Assembly (NCBI GenBank): GCA_009602735.1
Contig: WELA01003469.1
Location: 376,162 to 440,161, forward strand
Reading direction: 5' to 3'
Origin: Mesotaenium endlicherianum
Taxonomy: Eukaryota
Length of the DNA stretch: 64,000 bases
Positions 25,701 to 38,720 of this stretch are shown here, piece after piece (the first letter of the stretch is position 1; each line of letters opens with the position of its first letter). The position numbers and the translations under genes are program-made. The notes under the pieces are model-generated. The model did no database searches and was not told where the DNA came from. It worked only from the letters and a program-made list of their open reading frames with translations.

Positions 25701-26332
25701 AGGCTGTTAGGATTCACGCTTGCTCCATCTGATGACCTGGCCAGGGCCACCGAAACAAGGTACATCTCCTTCACCTGATTCGCCCTGCATAGCTTCTTAA
25801 CTTGCAGGCTCGACAGAAGACAGTTACTTGTGGTCGTATCTACCTCCACCTGTTTCGCTGTCTCCATTCGACCATCACGCCCTTGGACTTTCACTTGTCC
25901 TGTGCTCCAGTGCACTTGAGGGTTGGCTTTCCTTAGCCATGGTCGGCCCAATATCACCTCATGGTGACCCAACTCTGCCTGCTCCATAACTTCCTTACTC
26001 CGGTGCCCCGCTACTTCCACGTGAATAGCTTCCGTAGGTGCACCACACTTGAGTCTCTGCCCATTTGCCAAAATTGCCTCCTTAGGCTCATAATGCTTCT
26101 GCACAGGGACTCGCCACTCTTTCACCAGCTTCTTGTGCACAAAGTTTGCACTTGCGCCACTGTCGACCATACACTTCGCATTGTTGCCGTCGACCACTCC
26201 TTCCACGATGATAGGCTTGTCAACGTCTCGTCCTTTGCTTCTCGGCAGGCTCCTGGGGATAACCTCCTTGTGAGTTCTCGTCTTCACGCCAGTAGACACC
26301 CCAGAACGACTTACTGGCGTCCTCCTTTTTCC
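22712..26332 (-). CDS. pol: A1 pol (PR-RT-RNaseH-IN-chromodomain), in the -1 frame relative to gag; the stop lies just inside the 3' LTR
   Basis: [35 protein letters not shown] zinc finger, IAMDF / SDRDPRF / ERLN, GPF, YEVEAIV...YLVKWKGY...TWEPE. Confidence 0.95.
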   Translation of the reverse strand, partial: GKRRTPVSRSGVSTGVKTRTHKEVIPRSLPRSKGRDVDKPIIVEGVVDGNNAKCMVDSGASANFVHKKLVKEWRVPVQKHYEPKEAILANGQRLKCGAPTEAIHVEVAGHRSKEVMEQAELGHHEVILGRPWLRKANPQVHWSTGQVKVQGRDGRMETAKQVEVDTTTSNCLLSSLQVKKLCRANQVKEMYLVSVALARSSDGASVNPNSLGECTSPEEQVVVSDPLAQKEQSPTAQEKKPAEMPAQIKALLEEFKCVFPEELPTGLPPQRAMEHKIELEPGSKPPVRPAYRQSFAELDELKKQLTELLEKGFIRPSESPFAAPVLFVKKKDGTMRMCVDYRALNKVTIKNRYPLPRVDELIDRLVGAKYFSKIDLRSGYHQVRIAKGDVQKAAFRTRYGLFEFTVMPFGLTNAPATFMGLMNSIFRPYLDQFVVVFLDDILIYSKTLEEHVGHLRKVLEVLRDQKLYGKMSKCDFCLKEVEFLGHIVGAEGVKVEQKKVQAVRDWPVPADIHQLRSFLGMANYYRRFIEGFAKVCAPLTDMLKKQEKWLWGDKEQQAFEKIKELLTQAPVLAIASPELPFTIITDASNFAVGAILLQDQGKGLQPVAYESRKLSPAEQNYAAHEREMLAIIQALRIWRCYVDGRKVFIKTDHKSLEKFMTQPTLTPRQARWMEFLQQFDHKIEYLPGKINPADALSRRCDLAAVSVIKENMDFKEKLQRGYEEDPEFADGGAAEFNASMQKKDGIWYYGDSKRVVVPDIKELRDLLLAEHHDCLYAGHFGSEKTASVLKREYYWRNMDKDIEEWIRSCDACQRNKTPNQKKGGTLRPLPIPEYPWEQIAMDFITSLPVSGQGHDAVWVVSDRLSKMAHFIPMKETSTAADVARLFFDHIFRLHGLPKVIVSDRDPRFTSNFWRSLFTLMGTKLSMSTSYHPQTDGQSERLNRTLQEVLRSFTMEDPSEWDKKLPGLEFAYNNSMQGSTKQSPFAMVYGREVYHPGNILLEKAKETQVPTTQAFMEQMAKTWDMAKTCIRKAQQEQVKHANKHRREVTFQVGDKVLLSTENLPFTGKRKLRARFTGPFVVLKQVNPVAYKLELPSGWRIHDVFHVSCLRPYVDPNEGHPGRLPTPPPPVEIDDVLEYEVEAIVGDRRVKRGQRFVQEYLVKWKGYHADDNTWEPEANLTHCKSKLRRYLQNASRTSHLEEGDDVRS

Positions 26333-27342
26333 TGCTGTTGAGGTTGCTTCGCCTTCACATGACAGTCTCGAGCCAGATGTCCAAGCTTGCCGCAACTATA
26401 GCACGGTCCTCTCGGCTTGAAATTCTGCTGCCTGCGCTGGTACTGCACAAGTCCCAACTCCATGGGTACTGGACCTTGAACACTCGTGCTTGGCGCTTGA
26501 GATCCAAAGTGTCGATATCCTCCAAAGTTGTGGCTGCCCCACTGCCTCTGACTATACTCCACAGCGTCGACCCTTGTTGCCAATGCCATCATTTCTCCAA
26601 GACTGGTAGGGTCCTTGAGCGCCACTTCCTTGGCCACAGTTGGCTTGAGTCCCCTCTTGAACTTGTCCATCATCTCCGACTCGTGCATGGATGGACATTG
26701 AAGCACCAGCTCGTTGAAGCGCGATACATACTCCTGAACGCTTCCTCGTTGACGAAGGCGCACCAATAGATCTCGAGCGGTAGCCTCGGGTGCAATAGGT
26801 TGAAATTGCCTCTTCAAGCCTTCAAATAGCTGATCAACAGTAGCAGGAACTCCAGACAGCTGCTCTTCTCGTTCATACCAAGCTCCAGCACTCTTCTGCA
26901 GCAAAGTTATGACAAAGGCGACTTGCCTGTCGGGCGTGAGCGCAGAATACTCCATAAACTTCTTCACTCCAAAAATCCATTGATGAACAGGCGGCGATCC
27001 ACGCTCTCCAGTATAAACTTCAGGCTTAGGTGCACGCACTCCTGATGCGGGTGGAATAACTGGTTGCACCACTGGGTTAACATGAATCGGTGGTACAACA
27101 GGTGCAGGTGCCGAACTCGTCGAAGCGGCGTTCCCCATAACAACTCGCACCATTCTCTCCACCTCCGCGCGCATATTTTGTTGAAACTGGGTGTAGACTT
27201 CTCCTCCAATTGCATTTGCCATTTGTCTTAGCATCGCCTGCATCTCTTGTTGCTCTCTGGTCATTGTTGGTGCTGCCTGCTGCCCCGCGCGCTCAACATG
27301 CTCGACATGTTCGCCTCCTCCAGCTGCCGGCTGCGACTCCAT
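26311..27342 (-). CDS. gag: A1 gag, 343 aa
   Basis: Retrotransposon gag core ([21 protein letters not shown]), GPVPMELG and the CCHC knuckle [14 protein letters not shown]. Confidence 0.95.
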   Translation of the reverse strand: MESQPAAGGGEHVEHVERAGQQAAPTMTREQQEMQAMLRQMANAIGGEVYTQFQQNMRAEVERMVRVVMGNAASTSSAPAPVVPPIHVNPVVQPVIPPASGVRAPKPEVYTGERGSPPVHQWIFGVKKFMEYSALTPDRQVAFVITLLQKSAGAWYEREEQLSGVPATVDQLFEGLKRQFQPIAPEATARDLLVRLRQRGSVQEYVSRFNELVLQCPSMHESEMMDKFKRGLKPTVAKEVALKDPTSLGEMMALATRVDAVEYSQRQWGSHNFGGYRHFGSQAPSTSVQGPVPMELGLVQYQRRQQNFKPRGPCYSCGKLGHLARDCHVKAKQPQQQEKGGRQ

Positions 27343-29183
27343 AATATAATATGCAAACTAGCCCTGCTCCGATACCAGATGAAAGGGGCAGAGTGCCCTA
27401 GTGGAAGCGTAGTGACTCACGAGGAAAGGAACTAGTTGCCATCATACTAGAGAGTGCAGCGGCATATCACTAACAAAGCTTAGGAAAATTACTCAACATT
27501 TTGAGTAGCAAGAAACTGCTCACAAATGATGTAGGATGAAAGGCCTTGTCATTACAAACCCGTAGAAATTTACAGAAGTGAAAACTGATAAGAAACAAAG
27601 AAGTTATGCCTATTTATAATTTTCTGCCTAAGTGCTCCTCCCTAGGAGGAAGCTACGGATTTTCCTAAGTGTTCGTCAAATCGTCCCTTCCAAAATATTT
27701 GTGAGTAAGCCAGATGAGTCTAATCTGACGTGTCGGGCCGAATTGACGTCCACATACATGCATCGACATTACTAGAATATTCTATCTTAGACGCGCTAGG
27801 CTAAACCGAAACTTCTAGGTAAATCGACCTAGTCGGCACTCCGCGTCAGCCGAACTTACGTGAAGGTTCGAGTTCATTCTAACGGGCCAGATCGCTCGAC
27901 GCTGTCGGTCAATCCGACGGTCGCGCTCACCGCAAATTAAGCACAGTCGTCAACCGACCTCAAAACTAATTAAACTTCAGAAATCCGTAACTCTCTCAAT
28001 ACTTGACCAAATTCGATGAACTTTATATCAAAATGACCAAAACAATGCACTCTACACTACTATACAATCAAAACATACTTTCATGAAACTCAAAAATGCA
28101 CTTTATAAACCTATGACCTTACACCGTGCTTGTCTTCTTTGTCTCATGAGGTAAATGTGTGAGGCTTACTTGTGTGGTACGATGAGTCTAGGTGGAGCTT
28201 GGGAATTTTATGAATGTAGAGCATTGCACATCCTGTCCAGGATCCTTCCACTTGCTCACCTATTGTGTCTCTTGGCTCAATGTATTATGTGGCATACTAA
28301 CTTGACTTTTCGTAGCCTCTTGTGTACAGATCCACGCAATGAGTGTAAGATGGAGTCATCAGATCTTGAGTAGACTGATGCAGCTAGGGTGTGGTTTTTA
28401 CCACGCGTAGCTATGCTCATGGTAGGCAACTTACACACTTGCTTGTTGTCTATTTGACAAACTGAGACCAGCAAGCAGAGTGTGAAGCAATGGTGACATA
28501 CAGGTCGAGAGAGGCTGAGGAGTTGGCATGCTGGACTGCCACGTGACGCTTCCCCACCTGTCCTCTGGGCAACTTCAGGCAGTAAGGCCTGAAGAAGGGA
28601 GTATCCTGAAACATCAGGACCATGATGCAGTTGGTTGTTTCTATTCCCTTTTCACTTGGATTGTTGACTCTCACTATTTGATGGTTTTCATTTTGGTGTA
28701 TGTCTTGCTAGGAATGACTAGTATAAGTCCTTGTATGCATGCGTTGGTAGAGTCAACTAACTGAGCTACTCTTTGGTATTGGAGGAACTTGCCAATGGGC
28801 CGATTGTCTTTATCTCATAACAAGCTATGTACACTTCCAAATGATGGGATGTGATACCCTGGCTTGAATTTGGGTTATTGATGGATAGAGCTTTATGGTG
28901 AGAGGGTCTGATTGGCAGTACATTTTCCCTATGCCACTTTGGACATTGCTCTAGTCCGAAAAATGGACTATTTTTTTGGGGGGGGGACTTTCTTTCTTGC
29001 TTACTTGGGTGTTTGCACTCTGTGTCCTCTCTTGGTTTTCCTTTGTTGATTCTTCTCCACCCACTTGTACCGTCGCAATCCTCTGTGACTGTCACTCTGT
29101 GTGGTTCTTATGATGCGGAGTTGTAGGCACTTCTTGGTGTGCTTATGTGGTTAGAGCTGTCGGGTCGACAACTATTTAAGTGT

Positions 29184-29673
29184 GGGAGAGGGAGATGGGA
29201 TGTGTATTAGGAGTATTTAGTAAGCTGTGCTTACCTGCATATTCAACAGCAAGTGTATATATTAACTGAGTCATACACTGCCACATCCTGTGTATGTACT
29301 GCAGTAATATTAGGAGCATCAGTGACTGACTGGTGTAAATCGTGAGTTGCAGTACACTGTTGGAGCAAGTGTACGTACGAACTGAGTAAGTACAATGCCA
29401 TAAGTTGGGATTGGGTAGCAATGATGCATGGCACATCAGGGAACTGCTTGAGGTGACCAGCATATTGCTCAAAACCATATGTTTCTTTGAATTTAGTGTG
29501 TTGAGCGTATTGATTGCATGATTGATGCTCATTACTTGCATTTGACTCGTAAGTTTTGCTCACGCTAGTTGTAGGGTTATTTGTTGATCATCAAAAAAAC
29601 ACCACGAAGGTAACTCGGTGAAATAATGTTTTCTTTACTTGTTAATCGCTTATTGGTAAGTTGATTCATTTCA
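29184..29673 (+). mobile_element. PPT-like tract plus a diverged family C-related LTR
   Basis: gggagagggagatggga is followed by TG at 29201. The end gttaatcgcttattggtaagttgattcatttca and the internal gattgcatgattgatgct...cttgcatttgact resemble C LTRs. Confidence 0.5.
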
Positions 29674-32600
29674 ATATAAGAATATTGCGTTTGCCCATCA
29701 CAAAATTAGTTGTGCTTTAGGCCAATGTTGGTTACCTCAGCTTACAAGATTTTACTAGTAGCCATCTTTGCTCTTTATCCCTCCCCTCTCTAATCACGTG
29801 CATGTGCCGTCCCTCCATATGTACGCTTGACACTGAGTTGCTATCGTTGCATGTGCGTTTGGGTAGTAGCAGAGTCAATAACATGCAAAAAGTGACAGAT
29901 GACGGGTGGGGGGAAGCGGGGAAGAAGCGGCTCACTTAGTACTCTCCGCCATGTTGCTGCTGCCTCCCAACTTTTGGCAAAGAAGCTCAAGGGGAGCAGC
30001 ATGGTGTGTTGGATCGCACCATAGGCGCGCTCGTGCCGTCGCTCTCAAGGAGGTTGTCGTCAAATGCACGCTGCCTCCTCAACCCTTCCCTCCTCTCTTT
30101 CTTTGTGTTGCCGTCGCCATGGTGTTGCTGCAGCTGCTGCTTGGTTCTGAGCTGGGCGCTTGGCGGAGCAGGGACGGCTATGAGCAGCAACAGCATCGTA
30201 TGAGGGGGGCGTTTGTGCAGCAAGGGGGGAGGACATGCATTCATGCCAGCAGGCACACGCCCTGCAGCCCTTGTGTTATGCATTTCCTAGTTTTAAAATA
30301 CTTGCATATTGGTCTAGCTTGCCGTACCGATACTTCGTATCGCGTACGTGTACGTATCAGAAAAAAAGGACTTAACAAAATTATGTTCCTTTTTTTTCAT
30401 TTAACACCAAAACAAGGTTTTCCCTTCTACAAGCGGATGGTTGACATTTTTTTTTTTTGACCATCTATTCTTGACGCGCTCGTCATTCTCCACCTACTGC
30501 GATTGACGAAATTTACAGTTTTCAAACTTTCCAAAAGTTACAGCCGCAAACAACTTTCTACTAACTTCACACGCTTGACGTATTTTGGCATATTTAACGT
30601 ACAAATTTGGCACACCCGTATATACGTATCATCCGTACAGGGCGTATCTTAATTTTTTAATTAGGGTGCACCTCCGTCTCTGCCGTGTGCCAAGTGGCGG
30701 TAGAGGCGTTGGAGGCTCGCTTGCTCCACACACGGGCGCACTCGAGGCCGAGCAGCGCCAGTGGGTGCTGACGACGCGCAAGCTGAACACAACGGGCGTG
30801 CATATCTGCACTTGTGCACCACTAGCTGACGCATTCAACCCAGGTGCGGACCCAACCCCCCACCCTGGAGGCTCCTTTGTCCCGCTCTGCCCTCCTTGTG
30901 TGCAAATGTGGGGTTTTGTGTGGCAGTTGCTAGGTGAGGCCTCCAAAAGCAGATAATATCTTTTGTTGTGAGCAAGAGAGGGGAGGAAACGGGGGAAGGG
31001 GAAGGGGGTGCGCACGGGGGGGCTTGTTTGTAAGGGTGAGGGTGTGCGTGTGCGTGAACATTTGTGTTTGCGCAGGTGCTTGCGTGTGGGTTGAGAATGG
31101 CAGGGTTGGATATTCATTTCCTCCCCCGCGTCCTCCTCTTTGTGAGGAGTGGTTGAGCGCTAGCTCTTGCGTTTCAGTTCAGGCATGCAACATCGTAGCG
31201 TGCGTGCGTGCGTGCTTTTCTCGGTGATTGGCTTGGGTGATGGATCTTCCTGCTTGTATGTCCAGGGTAACAGCAGCACCCGCTGTCCCCGCTTGGTCTA
31301 ATGCGTGTGAGGGGGGACCAGCGGCAGCAGCTGCACCCCCCCTAGTGTGGTGTGTGCAAATGCCCTCTCTGCTGCCGTTATGTATCTTGTCAGTAGCTAT
31401 CCTGATGTCGTCTAGTATGTGCAAACTTGCTGGGGGGCTGTTGCCCGGGGGGCTACCCCGCATTGCCCTGGTGGGTGCTGAGTGGTGGGGCGAAGGTCAG
31501 TAATAGCGGCTGCCCACCTCTGGTCTGGTGTGTTGCAAGGGGCACCAGCAACGGCAGCGGCTGGCAGCCTCTAACCTGGTATGTGCAAAGGGATGGGGTT
31601 GAGGGGGGGGCTCTGACCAAGGGCCTATGTTTTGGTGTGTGCAGGGGGGTGTGTGTGGGATTGCTCAGGTACAGCGGCTGGCCCCTCTTGGTTTCATGCA
31701 TGCGGGGGGGGGAGGGGTGCCAGGTCAGGGGCTGCGTGTGGTGGGCTCTCTAGGGGTTGGGGGGCCCGTGCGAGGGGCTGTTTAGGGGCTGTTTGGGGCG
31801 GTAGGCAACACCAGCAAAGGCCCCCTTGATGATGTTGTTCGAGGCATCTGACCCCCCTGTCGCTGCTGCTGCAGCCAGAGCCGATTGGGCGGCGCAAGTC
31901 GTCCTGCCATCTTGTGTGCTCATCTCTTCCTTGACAAAGAAGGTGGCGCCACAGCGTGCACATTGTGCAGGTGTGGGAGAGGATGCAAGAGGGCGAGGGG
32001 TGGGGGGAGGGGCAGTGGGGCCCAACAGAATTGACTGACCCCCCTAAGTTTGTGTGTGAGGGGGCTGCGTGGGGCGGTGGTGGGAGTAGTCGCCCACTCC
32101 CTGGTCTCGTCTGGTCTGGTGCGTCTTGGGGGTTGTTTGGGGGTGTTTTGTAGGTACGGACAGCAGCTGCCCTGTCATTAGCATTGTGTGTGTTGCGTGC
32201 GGCGGGCTGTCTAGGGGCTGTCGTGGGCGGCGAGGACCGCAGCTGTCCCCATTTGGTTTGGTGTCTTCAGGGGCCTGGCTGTGCTGGGGGATGTTTGGGG
32301 CTGGTCAGGGCGGCAACAAGGGCCCTCTTCCCCCTTTGCTTTCGTGCGCGCGAGGGGCACACTATGTGTGTGCAGGTGGCATCAATAGCGGCTGCACCTT
32401 TCTGACTTGGTGGTTGTGGTGTGCTTTGGCTGCGGCTGCAAGTAAGAATTCTGCATTGATTGGAGTTAAGTGGAGCAGATGTGTCGCTTCTGTGTAATAA
32501 TTTTCAAGACCAAGTCATAAACTAGTATCGTAGAAAGGCAGGCATTTGCTGAAAGTGAGACATTGGCTGGATTAAAAGGAAGCAGTACATTTGGGTCACT

Positions 32601-33106
32601 TAAGCCAGATAAAGCTCAAAGTAACATGGCATAAGTAGAGATTTGTAGTGTAACTTGAGGTGGTCCTTAGGAAATTGTGTGCCAAATACTTAGAAAGTAT
32701 TGTTTCACTATTCCAAGAAAGAGGAACAAAAATTACATAGGAATTACTCAATGCAAACAACAGATGTGAAGCTTCAAATGCACACACCAAAGAACCTATT
32801 ACCTGTATACTAGTCAATCATGTATGGACGTAAGTTGCATCCTACTACTGATTTCACAACACAAGTGTAGAAAGGCATCACACTATCGCACGTTGAGCAA
32901 CTTCACCTCCTCACAAGAAGTGAACACTCAATGCTCATGCATCATGGCTAAAAAGGCACTAGTAAAACGCTACAACACTGAAATTAAGAACATGCTAGAA
33001 TCTCAAACCAAAGATTGAAGCAAGTCTTTATTCACAAAAACAATGAATACCTGCACCAGTACTGCATCCTGCTGTACTCCCTAAAACATTTTTACAGATT
33101 TAAAAT

Positions 33107-36100
33107 TCACTCGACTTCAGCCAAATAGTCATCAATCTCCGCTGGGGTCAATACTCTGCACAGGATGAAACAAGACTACTCGAGTGTTCATTGCAAGGAG
33201 ATACGCAATAGACGGCGATACGTCGAGCATGAAAAGTCTTGTAAAAACATTCGTTTATTGAGAGAGGAATAAGTACTGAACTCATAGTCCCTTGTGATCA
33301 TGATGTAAGTTGCACATCTCATTCAGAAGATGCATCAAACACATAGTCAATGGGAACGTGGAGTCAGGTAGCTTGTCACGGACACGAGCAAGCTTGAAGG
33401 GCAATACCCACCCACTGGCACAGGCAGCACCTCATGACCAACTCATAAGACATGATTACCGTGACTGTGACCAAGGCAAAGGATAACGCTGCGGTCAAGT
33501 CAAATATAAGGGTAAGGCTTGAAGCTTGTCCCCCTTAGTTCACGTGACACACACATCCTTCGCCCTCCTGAGTACTACTCTTTCCCATCTCCCATGAAAC
33601 GTCCCTCATCAAGGCCATCAAAAAGCGGGACACCACGACAAGAAGGCCAGAAGTTTCAAGGTTCTTCGTTTGCTATGACAGGGAAGAAATTCTCACCTAA
33701 ACTTGCTGTCGCTGCCCACAATCCCAATCTCCACATTATGCCCCGAAATCTGGCCCTCGAACCTGAATATCAAGAACAACACAAACAAATTACATTCACA
33801 GCAAAGCAGTCCCTCAATTAAAAAAAATCGCCAGAAGGACAGCAGCTGCTCAGCAGCCCCGGGGTGCCTACCACTTCACACTGGCTGCAGGACACACAAG
33901 TGTCTCAAAGTTAGACCCCTGCGCTAAAACCCTCCACACGCCAGGGCACACAGCTTGCTTTACCAGGAGGTTGGGCCAAGCAGAAGTCCCACCTCCTGGG
34001 ACACAAGGACGTGGCGTAACAAGGGTAGGCTTCTCATGTTGCGTGCAGCTCAAGTTTACGAAGTGACTTTCCAAATGAGCTCACTTAGTGAAACCTGGCT
34101 TCCAAACGAGGGGTTACGAGAAACTGGTTTGACAAAGACGTAGCAGCCGCAGAGGTGCACGTGTACAAATTGTAAGCCTCTGACGACACAGACCCCGCAA
34201 ATTTAGGGCACAAGACAAGCAGCGGACGCATCAGATCAAGAATGATTATAGTGGAAAGTCTGTACCCTTCTTTCAAGGTCAGAATGGCCGTGTGAATAGC
34301 ATCTTCCAACTCGATGTCCTCAGTGTATCTGCCCAATGCAGATGGACATCGACAAGTTCACCAGCTTAGAATCACAAAAATACTCGTATCACGTCCTGCA
34401 ACCTCCTGCAACGAGAGATGTAGAATTGCAACCTGTCAAAGAACGTCACCCAGTATCGTACCACGAGCCTACTCTGAAGCACAACAGCCACGAACAAGAG
34501 AGCGAAACCAAGCGCGACCACCCTCCTTGCTTCTCTGCAAGCTGCAAGTCAACAAGTTGGTACAGTAGGAAGCTGCAAAACTTGAAGACACAGGGTCCAC
34601 GCCTACTAGCTACTCCAGCGGTCTCACACGCCTCCATAAACAATCTGAATATAAAATGTGAAGAATACTACTCCCATGCAAAATCAGGCCAGCTGCCGAT
34701 AGGATTGCTCCACGCAGGCCAAGAGGGAGTAGTACGACTGGCAATATTCCCCCATCAAATCCTGGTAGCCAAGGAAGAGGTAGTAGGACAGGTGCAGAAC
34801 AGGCTTCTTACACACACCTCTTTTCCAAGAAGGTCCTGGCGTTGACCATGTTTTTGCCGATGGCAGAAGCCTTCCATGCAAAGTACGAGCCTGAGGGGTC
34901 CACCTGCGAGCCACCACGGCAAAGAGGAGATGTCGGGAAGGATCCTTGCTGTCTCATCTGAGTTACCTACAACATGCAAATTTGAAGACAAGACGCTGGC
35001 GACATGCAACCGATCCAGCAACAAGAAGCAGGTGCTCAACTGAGCAGACAAATTCCACGTCACAATCAGTGAAGGACAACTAGCCCTCCCCAGACATGTT
35101 GCGTTGATGTAAGGCACCCCCCGACACCGATCTACCACGTCGACAAACTTTGAGGCCATGAGAGAGGCAGGCACTCTTGACCCTAACAATTTCCAAAAAG
35201 TAATTCGTGAATGTGAGCCAGAAAATGGCACCAGGGCCCTCTCGACAAGTCAAAATTGCAGACAGCTAGCCAAAAGTTAGGCCCCATATGGCCAGAGAAA
35301 ATCCAGACCCTAAGGGAACAGACTGACCGAGGCTAGACAAGGAACGTACAAGCAAGTGATGTGCTGATGGATTGCTCTGGTGTGCAAAGGCGTCAAGAGG
35401 GAAAGGGACCAATACCTGGTACAGCTGGGGACCCTTATCATCGAAGCCGGCCACCAGCAGCGAGACTCCAAATGGCCGCACCCCTCTGCGACAACATTGG
35501 CCCACTTCTTGTCAGCGTGATTTTATATCAATGAGCAACCCCAGAATAGATTGTACGGGACAGGCGTCAGTCTACGCCTCCGAGTGTCCACAAAAGCCCA
35601 ACCTGAAGTGCTGGTCAAAGTGCTCGTGAGCAGGGAGGGAAGGCACTCCAGCAGCAGTGCCTTACTTGACGTCCGATTCCAAATGGTCTTCAGGTTTTTG
35701 GGTTCTGATAGGTCCAAATAAACACAGCACTCGATATCAAATGCCTATGCGTCCTCCCCACACATGTAATTGTGGGGCATGTTACAGGCGGAGCAATCTA
35801 CCAGGCTGGTACTCCACGGCTCTGGACAGAAAGGGCTCTGGAAAAGCCACAAGCAACATAAAGCTCTCCCGTGGAGGACAGGATGTACCATCAGGACCAA
35901 AAAGTGTGGGAGCAGCCAGTCCAAGGGGACTGAGAAAGAAAGAGGACAGCTCACCCAGACTGCGTATACTCCTGCATAATGGCGGCGGTCTCCCTCACCA
36001 GCTGTGACACGGGTATAATCTCCTGCCAGTACACCAAAGGGAGCCAAAAGCACAGGTGTGCCACCCAGCCGGCACACCGCAACAAAATTTTCAAGTGATA

Positions 36101-38293
36101 GCTGTAGAAAACTCGTGACTTCATATCCATCTCGAAACACAAGGTGCACTGCAACTACTTCAAATGGCACATAAATAACATGTTGGCAGGAGGTAGCACC
36201 CTACACTCAAGTGCGATGACAGCGTGATAAACAAGGGGAGCAGATACAAGCCCACAGTATGAATAGCAAGGGCAGCACTGGAGCACTGAATGGACACGCA
36301 AGTGGACAGCAACCGGCAAGGCATGCCACTGAGGTATGCCCACACGACAACTGCAAAGCGGGTAGATGCGACACTGATGTTGGAGGGCTAACAAAGCAAG
36401 TCGCTTTGTTTAGCAAGAAGAACTTCCCTGTAACCAGAGATTATCGCGCAGGCAAAAACCATGAGCCCTTGACAAGAGGTAAGCAGCATTCACTTTCTGC
36501 CAGCACCTATGCACACAGCGCTCCTCTGATTGTGAACAAGCTCGCTTGAAAAGCGAGAGCGGTTAGCCGTATGAGCTGCAAAGAGGCCGGACGTACGTCG
36601 TACTGGCGGTGGTAGGTGGCGGCAGCTTTCCTGCTCTTTCGAACCAGGACTCGCATATCTGGGCCCATACCACTGTTCTTGTGCCCCAAGAAACACCAAG
36701 CATCAATAGGCAGATCAATCTCCGATGGTGACTACCTCCTCTCCCACGTAAAGACCAATACTTGGTACAAGGTATGATGTACTAAGCTCGCTTTGAACAA
36801 CTGTGCTTTGTGTTTGTGACATAGGCGGGCTGCGACGCGCGGGTGTTCCTGGCTCCATACCGAGTCCATTCTGAGCAGCTGCCTCGACTACCTTCGCAGA
36901 AGAGATCAGCTGATTGTGATAGAGAACCAACAACAGATGCACCAAGTAGACGTAGGCGACGTGGATGAGTTATGACCAGATAGACCTCACACACAACACG
37001 GGCTGTCCTTGTGGTTACATTCAATTCAGGAGACAAATAGAAGAGAAAGGCGTTGGTACCTATACACGACGCCTGTGTTTGGAGTCAATAGCTGGATCTT
37101 TTTCACCTGTACTACCACGCACATATGACGCCAAAGCATTACAAGTACAGGAAAATGAGCTTTAAAAGATTAAGCTGCAGCTGAGCACTAGGGATTTCTA
37201 AGCAGGTCACAGGACGACAAGTGTATGTCTAAAAATTGATCATAAAGTGGACTCTGCATGAGATGGATCTCTGACTGCCCTTACTCTAGCATTGAAGGGT
37301 TGGAGGCAGGGAAAAGGGATCAGATAGGGACAATAATTAAGCTGCAAGTGCACAAATAAGCCTTCTAGGTCTAAGTGCGGGTCAAAGAAACTTTGTTCAA
37401 GACTGATACCATATGAACCTCGCAGCACAGAAAGTGGAAGGGACAGGGTGTGGGGGTCTGGCTGAGTAGACTCACCGATTCTTCATCTATAAGAGCTGAT
37501 GGAAGTTTTTTCTCAGTGGCAATAACTACTCCATTAGTAGCTGTCCAGGGCAATAATAAAATATCGATGGTCAGGATCCTGAAGGACGAGAAAAGCTCCT
37601 CCATATACTCAAGTTGCAGTCAATATTACTTATAGTTACATATATATGCTCACATCATTCGTTTTATGGTGTTGTCAAGCATTTTCCACATGATACTACA
37701 GTTTGCTTTGCAGCTTATACAGCTAAAGCAGAAACCCAAGCCTCCCGCATCAAAATTCAGCAGAGGTAGCCAAATTGAGTTCTTTGAATTCTGGCCTTGA
37801 TATCCAACTCCAGTGCCTGCATTAGGCTCAAAAGCTGCAGACGGCTAATATGCCTACTTAGGAGGGGGCGACAAAACTGATATACTTGGTTCAAGAGGGA
37901 GTAAGTCCACAGACGAACCTTTGATACCTAACGAGGTAGCTCCAGCAGCCACAGCATTTAGGGCATACTCTATCTGCACAAGTTTCCCCGAGGGACTGCA
38001 ACCCATGATTGACAAACGTAACAGGGAGAATATGAGACGAAAAACACGCTACAATCCCTCCAAATCCATAGGAAAACGATCTCTACCTCACACTTTACTG
38101 CCCTAAAATTATGCCATAGAAGAGGATATGACAGGAGAACTTGTTTATATGCCCATGCATCAAGGCAGTGGTACAATTCAGGTGATCTATGAAGAAAGTT
38201 CTAAGCAATATCGACAGGAGGAATTGCATGCGACGGGATTGCTGTGTATAACCTGAAGGTGGTCAGAGAAAACGCATACTGGCTATCCCCCAT
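33107..38293 (-). CDS. PAB1: 20S proteasome subunit alpha type-2, 235 aa, 11 exons
   Basis: Exons 38293-38253, 37995-37919, 37540-37476, 37106-37060, 36672-36597, 36022-35955, 35485-35416, 34903-34818, 34328-34266, 33762-33697 and 33155-33107, all GT-AG, total 708 nt. Reads [26 protein letters not shown]...[18 protein letters not shown]...[12 protein letters not shown]...DDYLAEVE*. Confidence 0.96.
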
Positions 38294-38655
38294 CGCAAAA
38301 CTTCAAACTATGTTCCAGACTAGAACTCCAAACGAGGAACAACGAGCTCAACAGCTATATCTACAGAAAAGAGGGCGCAACTCTTTATGAGATTGGGCTC
38401 GGAGAAGTCTTGATGCTATGAATAGCGAAGTTCTTTATATATGATCTCGATCCTATGGATAGTGAACTTCTTTACATGGGGCGCAATTGAAGTCTGGTTA
38501 GCATGTAATAGTTGAAGACAACCCACATCAGCTAAACAACCCCGAGACAACGCCATAAATTGCCATAAATAGTCGCAACAGCTTGGTACGACAGGAGTTT
38601 CACTTTCAACGAGCCTACGGTCGCACGCGTCTTTCTGACAGATATGCTATCGTGT

Positions 38656-38720
38656 GGGATGGTTTGGGTTGGTTTGGGCAGGTTTGGGCGGGTTTGGGGT
38701 GGTTTGGGACAGTTTGGTGG
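38656..38720. repeat. 10-bp G-rich tandem repeat (GGTTTGGGNN, about 6 copies) upstream of PAB1
   Basis: ggtttgggtt ggtttgggca ggtttgggcg ggtttggggt ggtttgggac agtttggtgg. Confidence 0.85.

Larger units (their letters stand above)
21981..28123 (-). mobile_element. Intact family A Ty3/gypsy chromovirus (A1), 6143 bp
   Basis: 744-bp LTRs at 21981-22724 and 27380-28123 (TGTAAGG...CTTTCA on the minus strand). Perfect TSD CCGTG. PBS TGGTATCGGAGC at 27377-27366. PPT TGAGGAGGGGGATGA. gag and pol are intact. Confidence 0.97.

Noticed and set aside
22742..27435. Many plus-strand ORFs repeated identically at 45.8-50.5 kb
   Set aside because: They are antisense shadows of the A gag and pol. They recur only because A1 and A2 are near-identical.
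28300..28365. Minus-strand CTGATGA...GAAA resembling a hammerhead ribozyme core (retrozyme idea)
   Set aside because: The sequences that would form stem II do not pair.
29906..32497. Numerous overlapping ORFs in the G-rich region
   Set aside because: They are expected from high GC content. I see no domain and no consistent frame.
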